Origin: Opitutales bacterium
Lineage (GTDB): Bacteria; Verrucomicrobiota; Verrucomicrobiia; Opitutales; UBA2987
Assembly: GCA_965226885.1 (NCBI GenBank)
Contig: CBDDEL010000015.1
Location: 64,001 to 128,000 of the forward strand
DNA: 64,000 bases
Direction of reading: 5' to 3'
The notes under the pieces are model-generated. The model saw only the letters and a list, made by a program, of their open reading frames with translations, did not search any database and had not been told where the DNA came from. Both the position numbers and the translations under genes were made by a program. This document shows positions 44,413 through 54,041 of this stretch, one piece after another. How positions within the stretch are numbered: position 1 is the first letter of the stretch; the number at the start of each line of letters is the position of its first letter.

Positions 44413-45180
44413 ATGAAGGAGAGGCAATTACCCTTGGAGGTGGAAGCATTTTTCCCGGAACTCCTTGCCTTGGCCCGCTCCTCGGGATTTGCCGTGGAAA
44501 CCATTGCCTCTTTGCCACCGGCGCCGGTCATTGCCTTGATTCGCCCGGGTAAAACGGAAAACCTGAAAGTTTACCTCTCAGCCGGAATCCATGGGGATGA
44601 GACCGCCGGGCCTCTGGCCATCCTGAAATTATTGCGGGAAAAGAAGCTCCATCCCGACATCGGGTGGCATATTTGTCCCGTCCTCAACCCCTGGGGCCTG
44701 GCCCGGAATCGACGGGACAATGAGGAAGGGCTCGACCTGAACCGCGATTACAAGTCTATTGTTGCCCGGCAAACCGGCCATCACATCGATTGGCTGAAAA
44801 GACAAAACACCTCCTTCTCCCTCTGCCTGACCTTGCACGAGGATTGCGACACCGAAGGTTTTTACCTCTACGAGCTGAACGAGCTGAACCCAGACAACCT
44901 GCCATCACTGGTCCCCGCCATTATGGAAGCCGGCGGCAAACCGTGCGGGATCGATCAATCTCCGGTCATCGACGGCTGCCCCGCAAAAAACGGCGTTTTA
45001 CACCTACCAACGGATTTGGAGGCCCGGCCCGAATGGACGGAGACCGCCTACCTGGTGGCCAATCACAGCCGCATGGCCTACACCCTGGAAGCCCCGGGAA
45101 AAAAGAAGTTGCATCTGCAAATAGAAACACACACCGCCGGGGTCGAAGCCGCCATCAATCATTTTCGGAACAATTTTTAA
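44413..45180 (+). CDS. M14 metallocarboxypeptidase / succinylglutamate desuccinylase-like
   Basis: SAGIHGDE, PVLNPWG, DLNRDY, LHED, YTLEAP. Confidence 0.88.
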   Translation: MKERQLPLEVEAFFPELLALARSSGFAVETIASLPPAPVIALIRPGKTENLKVYLSAGIHGDETAGPLAILKLLREKKLHPDIGWHICPVLNPWGLARNRRDNEEGLDLNRDYKSIVARQTGHHIDWLKRQNTSFSLCLTLHEDCDTEGFYLYELNELNPDNLPSLVPAIMEAGGKPCGIDQSPVIDGCPAKNGVLHLPTDLEARPEWTETAYLVANHSRMAYTLEAPGKKKLHLQIETHTAGVEAAINHFRNNF

Positions 45181-45210
45181 TCACGGATTACACGGATGAA
45201 CACGGATAAT
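45172..45210 (+). repeat. Left arm of ~40-bp imperfect inverted repeat (CACGGAT x3)
   Basis: AATTTTTAATCACGGATTACACGGATGAACACGGATAAT pairs with 47768-47807. Confidence 0.85.
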
Positions 45211-45260
45211 TCCTTAAATAATACTCGAAAATCACTATCTATATAATATCCAAGCTTATC

Positions 45261-45286
45261 TGATGTGTACTGGAAAAAGTGGACAC
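45261..45286 (+). mobile_element. Orphan IS3-like terminal repeat
   Basis: TGATGTGTACTGGAAAAAGTGGACAC, 25/26 identical to the left IR of IS3 element B; no transposase follows. Confidence 0.8.
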
Positions 45287-45359
45287 CAAGTTTTCACCTC
45301 AATAGTACTGAGGATTGATTCCTTTTCAAACCTCTCTCTAAAAAATCGTAGCGCTTAAA

Positions 45360-46780
45360 ATGAAGAAAAAATTTGATCGAAAATTTCGATTCTTAGTGCG
45401 TATTGTTGAGGATGACTTGCTGGAGTTGAGTCAGCGGTTAGAAATTTTTAAAGAATTGTTTTATAAATCCACCGAAGACACGAAAAAACTTTACGAAGTG
45501 GACGGTGTTATTTTTGACACATTTCGGAGAGTTATGGCAGAAAATCTTACGGTATTCATTTCTCGACTTACGGATCCGGCAAAAATGGGAAAAAAGAAAG
45601 ATATCACTTTGGAAACTGTATTAAATTTTTGTGAAGAAAGTGGAGATGAGCAATTTTTCACAATTATTAAACCAGAATACGATAAATTATATGCAAAAGT
45701 TCAGCCAATAAGAAATCGAAGGAACAAAACTCGGTAGTGTTAACATTTTGAATGTTTAAGCTGTACTTTTTAGCGTGATTATGTTGTGAACTGGGAATGG
45801 TCCATATCACAGTAAAATGTCCTCAATGCGGAAGCGATCACATCATCAAGCACGGCAAGGATCCGAAAGGGGTTCAGAAGTATCGATGCAAGGGGTGTGG
45901 TTATCAGTTTCGGCTTCACCCCAAAAGTCGTGAGCATCCTCCGGCGCTGGTCAAGCAGGTGCTCCGTGCGCACCAAAACCGGATGAGCCTGCGTGCCATT
46001 TACCGTACCTTCGGGGTAGCCCCAAAGACGGTCATCGAATGGATTAAAAAAAAGTCCTGAGTTTGCCGAAGCTGGAGTCCACTCTGCTTGCCCGCCAGTG
46101 TAGTGATGTGCTGGAACTGGACGAGGTGTGGTCATTCTGGGGCGATAAGCGTTCGGGGCAGGTATGGCTATGGGTAGCCTTGTGTCGACGTACCCGACAG
46201 GTCGTCGGGTTTTCTCTGGGTGATCGTAGCGATCAAACGTGCTGGCAGTTGTATCACAACATCGCCCAGCCCTATCGCGACTGTGCCACCGTAAGCGATT
46301 ACTGGGAAAGCTACGACAAGGTTTTCCCTCACAACAGCGCCAGCGGGAAACAATCCGGCCAAACCGCCCATATCGAACGCTGGAACAATACCTTGCGACA
46401 GTCCCTGTCACGCTATGTGCGTAAAACGCTGTCATTCTCGAAGTCTTTGGTCATGCATTTTCGCGTCCTGTGCTTGTTCATCTGGGAATACAACAGCAAT
46501 ATCAAACATTCGTCATGTTAACACTACCCAAAACTCTTGCCCATAAGGACCATAAAACCTCAATTCTACCTGATCAACATTATTTAATGAAGGTAAGCCC
46601 AAGCCTATTGGACGAAGTGTTTAAATTAATGAGTGAATTCATGAATAAGATAAATGGTCATTTTTGGAACCGCAGCTTGAGTTATAATAGATGGAGCGAA
46701 CGACATGTAAGGCGGCTTGTTTCTATGATTGGAAGTAGCGATTACAAAAATACTGAGAGAACGAGAAGTATAAATAATTG
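45360..46780 (+). pseudogene. AbiU2-like HEPN-domain protein (205 aa reconstructed), hit by two IS1 elements
   Basis: FISRLTDP motif; removing IS1-B restores ...IRNRRNKTLAHKD (R-x5-H); removing IS1-A copy 4 restores the TGA stop. Confidence 0.75.
45733..46528 (+). mobile_element. IS1-family element B (distinct subtype)
   Basis: IRs GGTAGTGTTAACAT; 8-bp TSD CAAAACTC; insA 45797-46060, A8 slippery site, insB (LELDEVWSF...HIERWNNTLRQ) to 46521. Confidence 0.95.
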
Positions 46781-47582
46781 GGTAGTGTATTAAGTAAGAA
46801 TGGTGGCTAATTCTTGATTATATTGATGAATGAAAAGTCTCAGACAGGTTTCATGCATACTCTTAAGCTTGGAAAAGGAGAGGGTTTTGCGTGTGAAACG
46901 ACCCAGTCGTTGGCGCAGGGTATTGTTCCATCGTTCCACATGGGCCGTTTCACCGGTTTCTTTTCCCACGGATCGGTTATGAGGAAAGACTTCATCATAA
47001 GTGCTCCAAAAGTCGCTGTAGGTGGCACATCTTTTGTAGGCCCGTGGCAGACGCTCGTAAAGTTCCCGGCAACGATACCAATCCCGAGGCCCAATGGCAT
47101 AGGAGAGGATTTGACGGGTGCGTCGGCAAAGAGCGATCCAAACCCATTGGGCATCGCTCTTGCGCCCCACAAAAGACCACAGTTCGTCCAGTTCAATGAC
47201 ATCATGGCGGCGGGCCGCAAGAATCGTGCTTTTGAGCGGTCGCAGCGATTGTCGTTTTTTTTAACCAACTCAAAACGGTGTTGGGACTCACCCCGAAGGC
47301 GCGCTGTAAACCGCGTAGACTGCTGCGTTCCTGATAGACTCGAAGGATCATTTCTTTTTGCTCTTCGGTGTATTTCACTGTGGGGTTTTCGCGGCTTTGT
47401 TTACCACAATCATGGCAGCGGTAGCGCTGTTTATGGTTGGGCGTCTTGCCAAATTTAATGATATTTTCACTTCCACAGTGCCGACAATTAATAATTTTAG
47501 TAACCATGCACTAAGAATAAACTGCCTAACGCTATTTGTACAGCTAAAAATACAAAATAACATTCTTTTTTTATACACTACC
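46781..47582 (-). mobile_element. IS1-family element A, copy 4
   Basis: Same IRs; 8-bp TSD AATAATTG. Confidence 0.96.
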
Positions 47583-47767
47583 AATAATTGATTCTTAGTT
47601 AATGTGTAATAGACCCTTGGATATGTTTGTTTTTAACTGGTTGGGTGTGTAATGTGCTCACGTTTTTACTTTCGGCAGAAGAATCGTATTTCTTTCTCTT
47701 AATCCAAATGTTTCATAGAACCGCAACCACGGATAACTTTAAAAATAGCTCTTGAAAGGTACTTTCT

Positions 47768-47807
47768 ATTATCTGTGTTCATCCGTGTAATCTGTGGTTG
47801 AAAAATT
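47768..47807 (-). repeat. Right arm of ~40-bp imperfect inverted repeat
   Basis: Reverse complement AATTTTTCAACCACAGATTACACGGATGAACACAGATAAT. Confidence 0.85.
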
Positions 47808-47851
47808 AACGAATCGATCAGCCTCATTTACTGTGGTTGGCTTTTTTGAAA

Positions 47852-48664
47852 TTATGGGGTTAATTTGGTCAGAGTTTGGGTGTCGAGGCCCATACGCTCG
47901 TGGCAAAAGTTGATCCAGTCCTGGGGGAAGGGGGCTGAGAATTTCTGTTCGTTATGGCCGTTGGGTTCGGGTAGTTGAAAAATGATTTGCGATGCGTGGA
48001 GGGCTTGCCGGGGCAGGCGGAGACTTTCTTTCATGTCCGGCGTCCATCCGTTTTCGATGAATTGGAGGTAGTAATTCTCGTCGGGGCCGTAGATTTTGTC
48101 TCCTACGATGGAGTGGCCCAGCCATTGGGCGTGCACCCTTATCTGGTGCTTGCGGCCCGTTTCGGGTTTTACCCTGGCTAAAGTGAAACCATTGGAGGCG
48201 GCCAGGGGTTCGAAATGCGTGACCGCCCTTTGCGATGTGCGGGATTTCCTGATCGCTTGTTTGACGTAAACGGGGCTGGCTCCGTCCCGTGCGATGCGCC
48301 GGTTGACCGTAACGGGTTCGGCCAATTCGCCCTCCAGAAGCGCCAGGTAGCTTTTTTCCACTTTTCGCTCCTGCAATGCCATCTGGTAGGTGCGGGCGGC
48401 CGCTTTGTGTTTGGCCAGTAAAACGAGGCCGCTGGTTTCGCGGTCCAGCCTGCTGATGAGGTGCAGGGTTTCCAGGCCGGTATGGAGGCGGGCGGCCCCC
48501 ACCAGGCTGGAACGGGGGCCGTTTTTTGAGGGATGGCAAACCACCCAGCCCGGTTTGTCCATGACCAGCAGGTCGTCGTCCTCCCGCAAAATCCACTTCT
48601 CGAAATCCGCCCCATCGATAAGAGGGGCCGAAGTGCCTTCCATTTTTTTAACGGTATCCACCAA
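47852..48664 (-). CDS. RluA-family pseudouridine synthase
   Basis: DKPGWVVCHP, SRLDRETSG, TGRKHQIRVH, IVGDKIYG, QALHA. Confidence 0.94.
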   Translation of the reverse strand: MVDTVKKMEGTSAPLIDGADFEKWILREDDDLLVMDKPGWVVCHPSKNGPRSSLVGAARLHTGLETLHLISRLDRETSGLVLLAKHKAAARTYQMALQERKVEKSYLALLEGELAEPVTVNRRIARDGASPVYVKQAIRKSRTSQRAVTHFEPLAASNGFTLARVKPETGRKHQIRVHAQWLGHSIVGDKIYGPDENYYLQFIENGWTPDMKESLRLPRQALHASQIIFQLPEPNGHNEQKFSAPFPQDWINFCHERMGLDTQTLTKLTP

Positions 48665-48667
48665 AGA

Positions 48668-49492
48668 TTATTTCGCTTTGAATTGTTCCAGGCGCGCCTT
48701 TCGCAAAAAATAGGCCGCTACCGGGGCGGCTATTTTAATGGGCAGCAGGGAACCCAGGGTGGCCATAAGGCGGTTTTTCCAGCCGCAGACAACCAGCGTT
48801 TTCCCCTGCTGCAATGCCTTGATGGCGATATCCGCCACTTCTTCCGAGGTTTGCTTCAAATGAGCGTCCGCGGGCGGTGTGGCGAATCCCGCTCTTTTGA
48901 AAAAATTCGTCGCCGTCGGTCCGGGGCAAACGACCAGCGTGCGCACCCCGGTTCCCTTGAGGTCCTCGTGCAAAGCCAGGCTCCAGTTGAGCAAAAACGC
49001 CTTGGTCGCCCCGTAGGTGGTCAAATAGGGGGTTGGCTGAAAAGCGGCCGTCGAGGCGATATTCATGACGACTCCACCGCGTTCTTTTAAAAGAGGCAGC
49101 AGCAGCCCGGTGAGGTGGACAACCGCCTTCATGTTGACCTCGACAATCCCCAACTGGTGTTCCAGGCCCGGTTCTGGGAAAGGGCCGTAGGAACCGAAAC
49201 CGCTGTTGTTGATCAATAAAACCTCGCCCTGGCCGCCGCTTTCATCGATTGCGGCCCGGACCGAGCGGGCGGTTGCGCTTAACTGTTTCGGCACTGCCAG
49301 GTCGCATGGAAAATGCTTCCAGCGTAGGTCGGGCGGCAAATCTTCGGGTTTTGTTCGAGAAAGGTTGCAATAATAAAGATTACCGTCTATCTTATGGATA
49401 GCTTTGATTAAGCTATTGCCAATTCCAGAGGAACCTCCGGTGACGACTACATCGGAGATGCGGCTGAGGGTAGATGTTGAGACTTTGGTCAT
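48668..49492 (-). CDS. SDR family oxidoreductase
   Basis: TGGSSGIG, INNSG, YGATK, VCPGPT. Confidence 0.92.
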   Translation of the reverse strand: MTKVSTSTLSRISDVVVTGGSSGIGNSLIKAIHKIDGNLYYCNLSRTKPEDLPPDLRWKHFPCDLAVPKQLSATARSVRAAIDESGGQGEVLLINNSGFGSYGPFPEPGLEHQLGIVEVNMKAVVHLTGLLLPLLKERGGVVMNIASTAAFQPTPYLTTYGATKAFLLNWSLALHEDLKGTGVRTLVVCPGPTATNFFKRAGFATPPADAHLKQTSEEVADIAIKALQQGKTLVVCGWKNRLMATLGSLLPIKIAAPVAAYFLRKARLEQFKAK

Positions 49493-49510
49493 TTATCCAT
49501 TTCCCGGTCG

Positions 49511-50312
49511 GGTAGTGTATTAAGTAGGAATGGTGGCTAATTCTTGATTATATTGATGAATGAAAAGTCTCAGACAGGTTTCATGCATACTCTTAAGCTT
49601 GGAAAAGGAGAGGGTTTTGCGTGTGAAACGACCCAGTCGTTGGCGCAGGGTATTGTTCCATCGTTCCACATGGGCCGTTTCACCGGTTTCTTTTCCCACG
49701 GATCGGTTATGAGGAAAGACTTCATCATAAGTGCTCCAAAAGTCGCTGTAGGTGGCACATCTTTTGTAGGCCCGTGGCAGACGCTCGTAAAGTTCCCGGC
49801 AACGATACCAATCCCGAGGCCCAATGGCATAGGAGAGGATTTGACGGGTGCGTCGGCAAAGAGCGATCCAAACCCATTGGGCATCGCTCTTGCGCCCCAC
49901 AAAAGACCACAGTTCGTCCAGTTCAATGACATCATGGCGGCGGGCCGCAAGAATCGTGCTTTTGAGCGGTCGCAGCGATTGTCGTTTTTTTTAACCAACT
50001 CAAAACGGTGTTGGGACTCACCCCGAAGGCGCGCTGTAAACCGCGTAGACTGCTGCGTTCCTGATAGACTCGAAGGATCATTTCTTTTTGCTCTTCGGTG
50101 TATTTCACTGTGGGGTTTTCGCGGCTTTGTTTACCACAATCATGGCAGCGGTAGCGCTGTTTATGGTTGGGCGTCTTGCCAAATTTAATGATATTTTCAC
50201 TTCCACAGTGCCGACAATTAATAATTTTAGTAACCATGCACTAAGAATAAACTGCCTAACGCTATTTGTACAGCTAAAAATACAAAATAACATTCTTTTT
50301 TTATACACTACT
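49511..50312 (-). mobile_element. IS1-family element A, copy 5 (altered terminal base)
   Basis: Right end reads ATACACTACT; flanked by (T)CCCGGTCG on both sides. Confidence 0.95.
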
Positions 50313-50386
50313 CCCGGTCGCATGGGCCATTTTGTACCGTACCGCTGTCAATTTCCCCTGAAAAAATCAACTGAAAGGAAATACCT

Positions 50387-50758
50387 ATGAGCATGAGTGA
50401 CGCCTTGATAATATCCGGAGTTCACCTCGACCTGACCGACGCCCTGAAAACCGCGTTGCAAGAAAAAGTCGAAAAATTATTCAAACATGAAAGCCACATA
50501 ATACGATTAAGAGTAGAACTCGAATACAATGCGAACAACTCAAAACGAAATGAATTCACGGCCAAAGGGCACATCGAGATCAAGGGGCCGCCCTTGATCC
50601 TATCGGCCTCCACCGAGGATCTTTACAAATCCATCGACCTGATGGTCCAGGGCCTGGACCGGTTGCTCCGGCGCCGTTCGCGACTGCGGACCGTCAAGCG
50701 GAAGAACATACACGAAATCGACCTCGTTACGGATATACCCAAAGCCACTTCGGCCTGA
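50387..50758 (+). CDS. hpf: Ribosome hibernation promoting factor (HPF/RaiA)
   Basis: ISGVHLDLTDALK, EDLYKSID. Confidence 0.88.
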   Translation: MSMSDALIISGVHLDLTDALKTALQEKVEKLFKHESHIIRLRVELEYNANNSKRNEFTAKGHIEIKGPPLILSASTEDLYKSIDLMVQGLDRLLRRRSRLRTVKRKNIHEIDLVTDIPKATSA

Positions 50759-50775
50759 AGCCAAAGACTTACGGC

Positions 50776-51309
50776 CTACGGCAGTCTCGATACCAGTCCG
50801 GAAAGGTCTTTCTGGACGGCGATTTTATGTTGATCGACCAGTTCCTTCTCTTCGGAGGTTAGATCCGAAGCGGAATTCACCAAAATCGGGGTGATGCTGG
50901 CGTTAAGGGCTGTTTGCAGGTCCCCTATACGGTCACCGGCCATGAAGCAATTCTCTGCTTTTAAATCATGCTGGCCGATCATTTCATTGATGAATCGGGG
51001 AGAAGGTTTTCGATAAACGACCGGTTCATCCGGGCTCTCGGGAGCGATGCAGATGGCCGTGAATCCCGGTTCGGGAAGATTTAAAAGCTCCAGCATCCGG
51101 TGGTTGCAGGCGTGGACTGCCTCCATGTCGAACCACCCCCGCCCCACCCCGCTTTGGTTGGTCAGCAAAAATAACAAATAGCCACGTTCGAGGGCTTCCT
51201 TGAGCCCTTCCGCCGCCCCCGGCAACAATTCCACTCCATCGGGGTCGGAAAGATAATTTTTCTCGCGGATGATGGTTCCGTCGCGGTCCAGGAAGAGAGC
51301 TTTACTCAT
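50776..51309 (-). CDS. gmhB: D-glycero-D-manno-heptose 1,7-bisphosphate phosphatase
   Basis: FLDRDGTI, TNQSG, RKP, GD; overlaps the stop of the heptose kinase gene. Confidence 0.88.
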   Translation of the reverse strand: MSKALFLDRDGTIIREKNYLSDPDGVELLPGAAEGLKEALERGYLLFLLTNQSGVGRGWFDMEAVHACNHRMLELLNLPEPGFTAICIAPESPDEPVVYRKPSPRFINEMIGQHDLKAENCFMAGDRIGDLQTALNASITPILVNSASDLTSEEKELVDQHKIAVQKDLSGLVSRLP

Positions 51310-52276
51310 TTGCCGCCTCGTAATGGAGAATCTCCACTGGAGATGCGGTGGCTGTGCCCAGCTTGGCCACGACAACGCCAGCCGCTGTGTTGGCAAAGTG
51401 GGCTGCCTCCTCCAGCTTCGCTCCCGCCGCCAAAGAGGCCGTCAGGGCGGCGATGACGGTGTCTCCGGCTCCCGACACGTCGAATACCTCGCGGGCATAG
51501 GTAGGAATGATCTCTAACACTCTGCCTTCCTCGCTCAGAAGCATTCCCTCCGCCCCCAATGTGATGATCAGGTGGCGCGGCTCATGGAGTTCCCAGATGA
51601 GCCGGCAAACCTCTTCCGCCGGGTAGGGCTGGTGCGGTTCCAGTTCCAGACCGGCCAATTTCAGGGATTCGCTCCGGTTGGGGGTTAAAAGGCCCAAACC
51701 CTGATGGGCCAAGCGGCGTTTGGGCTTGGGGTCGTAAGCGACCAAAGCTCCCTGGGATGCGGCCCGCTTCTTTATCTCTTCAATCAAGTCGCTGGTCAGC
51801 GCGCCTTTCGCGTAATCGGATAAAATGACCGCATCTTGGTTTTCAATTTTCGCTAAAATTTCTGGCGAATGCTCATTTAATATCGAAGCATAGGCGTCCG
51901 GCTCCCGCTCCCGGTCCAGCCGGCAGAGCTGCTGCTGCCGCACAATAACACGGGTTTTCAGAATGGTGGGAATTTCGTAATCGCCAAAGGCATCGTCATA
52001 GGCGACGGAATGTTCCAGCAGCAGCCCGCGCAGCATGATGCCGGCGTCGTCCTTGCCGGTCACGCCGCAAAGCTCGGCCTTGGCGCCCAGCGCCACCAGG
52101 TTCAACGCCACATTGGCCGCCCCTCCGGCCACATAGCTGTCGCGCTCCACCTCGACCACTGGCACGGGAGCCTCGGGCGAGATGCGGGAGGCGTCACCCC
52201 AAATATAGTGGTCCAGGATGATATCGCCGACGACCAGGATTTTTAAACCGGCAATTTTATCGAGAAGAGCTTTCAT
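51302..52276 (-). CDS. rfaE1: Heptose-7-phosphate kinase (RfaE domain I, PfkB fold)
   Basis: RISPEAPVPVV, GGAANVA, SDYAKG, TPN, DVSGAGDT. Confidence 0.93.
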   Translation of the reverse strand: MKALLDKIAGLKILVVGDIILDHYIWGDASRISPEAPVPVVEVERDSYVAGGAANVALNLVALGAKAELCGVTGKDDAGIMLRGLLLEHSVAYDDAFGDYEIPTILKTRVIVRQQQLCRLDREREPDAYASILNEHSPEILAKIENQDAVILSDYAKGALTSDLIEEIKKRAASQGALVAYDPKPKRRLAHQGLGLLTPNRSESLKLAGLELEPHQPYPAEEVCRLIWELHEPRHLIITLGAEGMLLSEEGRVLEIIPTYAREVFDVSGAGDTVIAALTASLAAGAKLEEAAHFANTAAGVVVAKLGTATASPVEILHYEAANE

Positions 52277-52303
52277 GATGCAGGAAAATAGATGCTGGAT
52301 GAA

Positions 52304-53452
52304 TTAAGGGATTTCCCAGCGGTAGTGACACCTGGAAAGCATTTCGGAACCTGTTTTAGTGACCCTGACTACGTCTTCAATGCGGCAGGCGCCCAACCCC
52401 CGGTAGTAAAGGCCCGGTTCGACGGTGACCACATTTCCCGCCTTCAAGCGAGGTCCGTTTCTGCTCAAGCGTGGTGGTTCGTGGATTTCCAGTCCCAATC
52501 CGTGTCCCGTGCCGTGAAAAAACCCTTCCGGCCTTCTATTCGACATATTCGTTTTATAACCCTCCGCCTTGAAATGGTTTTCCACTATTGAATGAACCCT
52601 CGCTCCGGAAACGCCTGCCTTAATGGTTTCGAGCGCCTTTTGCTGGGCTTTGCGCACCGTGTTGACCAAGCGGCGCTGCTCCGGTTTGGCGCGGCCTTTT
52701 AAAAACGTGCGCGTCATGTCGCCGAAATAGCCTGTGCGGGCCACCCGTGGGAAAACATCGATAATGATCAACTCGTTGGCGCGTAGCGGGCCCGTTCCCT
52801 GGCAATGGGGATCGCAGGCCTGGTCTCCGCCTGCCACGATTGTCTGATTGGCCTGAGCCCCTTTTTCCAAACAGGCGATCTCAATCACCCGGCGGACCCT
52901 TTCGCTCGTTAAGGGGCGGCCATCGAGCATCAAATTGCCGCTTTTAATTTTTGCTTTCCGCAGCATCTTTTCGGCGGCCCGAATGCCCGACGCGCTGGCC
53001 GCGTTACCCTCCCGGATGGCCTTGGCCTCGTCCTCATCTTTGATCATGCGATCCGCAAAGAGCGGCCCTTCGGCAATTTGCAGGGGCACACGGGCGGCCC
53101 GCAGTTTAAAGGCCAGACCTGCTGGAAAATCGGGCGCCACCAAAAATTCGGAAATATCGTATTCACGCGCCACGAGACGCACGATATCGGCCACGTCGGC
53201 CGTTTTTTTGCGATAGCGACGAGCCGCTTTTTTGTGCCATTCTCCCAGTGAAAGGACGACATCGAACGAAGATTCGGTTTTTAAACGAGAAATTTCCAGG
53301 GGGCTGACCAAGGCGTACTTTTTGCCGTTGACGGCAAACGAGAGAAATGGATCGGGCACGAAAACACCTCCGAAGTAAAGCTGATCGGCATTGACATCGG
53401 AATCCGCATAAAGAAGGGGGGACGGGGTTTTAGTCTTTTTTCTAGGACTCAT
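52304..53452 (-). CDS. Xaa-Pro aminopeptidase (M24)
   Basis: DVFPR, GDMTRT, HGTGHGLGLEIHE, TVEPGLY, RIED. Confidence 0.93.
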   Translation of the reverse strand: MSPRKKTKTPSPLLYADSDVNADQLYFGGVFVPDPFLSFAVNGKKYALVSPLEISRLKTESSFDVVLSLGEWHKKAARRYRKKTADVADIVRLVAREYDISEFLVAPDFPAGLAFKLRAARVPLQIAEGPLFADRMIKDEDEAKAIREGNAASASGIRAAEKMLRKAKIKSGNLMLDGRPLTSERVRRVIEIACLEKGAQANQTIVAGGDQACDPHCQGTGPLRANELIIIDVFPRVARTGYFGDMTRTFLKGRAKPEQRRLVNTVRKAQQKALETIKAGVSGARVHSIVENHFKAEGYKTNMSNRRPEGFFHGTGHGLGLEIHEPPRLSRNGPRLKAGNVVTVEPGLYYRGLGACRIEDVVRVTKTGSEMLSRCHYRWEIP

Positions 53453-53502
53453 GCCGCCTTAAACATTGTGAATCCCATAAATTTGTCTAGAAAATTCCCG
53501 GT

Positions 53503-54039
53503 ATGATCAAAGCTCACTCTAAGGGCTGGGCAGCGATGACGGCCGCATTTATCTTTCTGGCCGCCTGTGTGGCTGAGGAAACGGCGATGGTGGAACCCGC
53601 CCAGCCGAGGGACAAAGATGCCTATTTTCCGATCGCCATCGGCGACGCCCGCATTGAGACCCGATTGGCCGTCAAAGAGTCCGAGATGAAACGCGGTCTG
53701 ATGTATCGAAAATCGATGGGCTCCAACCGCGGGATGCTTTTTGTTTATGAACAGGCGGGACAACTCAGTTTCTGGATGCGTAATACCTTTATCCCCCTCG
53801 ATATCGGATTTTTCGATGCCAATGGGGTTTTGAAAGAAATCCGCCGCATGTATCCGCACGACGAAACTTCGATTCGGTCCAAAGATGAAACCATCCAGTT
53901 CGCTTTGGAAGCGAACGCCGGGTGGTTCCGTGAAAACGGCGTCAAGCCGGGGGCGAAAATGGATTTGCAGGCGGTGTCCAATGCCCTTCGGGCGAGAGGC
54001 TTTGATCCAGCCCGCTATGGGCTGCCGGAATTACCCTAA
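53503..54039 (+). CDS. DUF192 family protein, probable lipoprotein
   Basis: GLMYR, GMLFVY, FWMRNTFIPLDIGF, ALEANAG; lipobox-like LAAC. Confidence 0.88.
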   Translation: MIKAHSKGWAAMTAAFIFLAACVAEETAMVEPAQPRDKDAYFPIAIGDARIETRLAVKESEMKRGLMYRKSMGSNRGMLFVYEQAGQLSFWMRNTFIPLDIGFFDANGVLKEIRRMYPHDETSIRSKDETIQFALEANAGWFRENGVKPGAKMDLQAVSNALRARGFDPARYGLPELP

Positions 54040-54041
54040 AG

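Noticed and set aside
45172..47807. Integron cassette (attC) reading of the HEPN insert
   Set aside because: No RYYYAAC...GTTRRRY attC structure identified and no integrase in the window.
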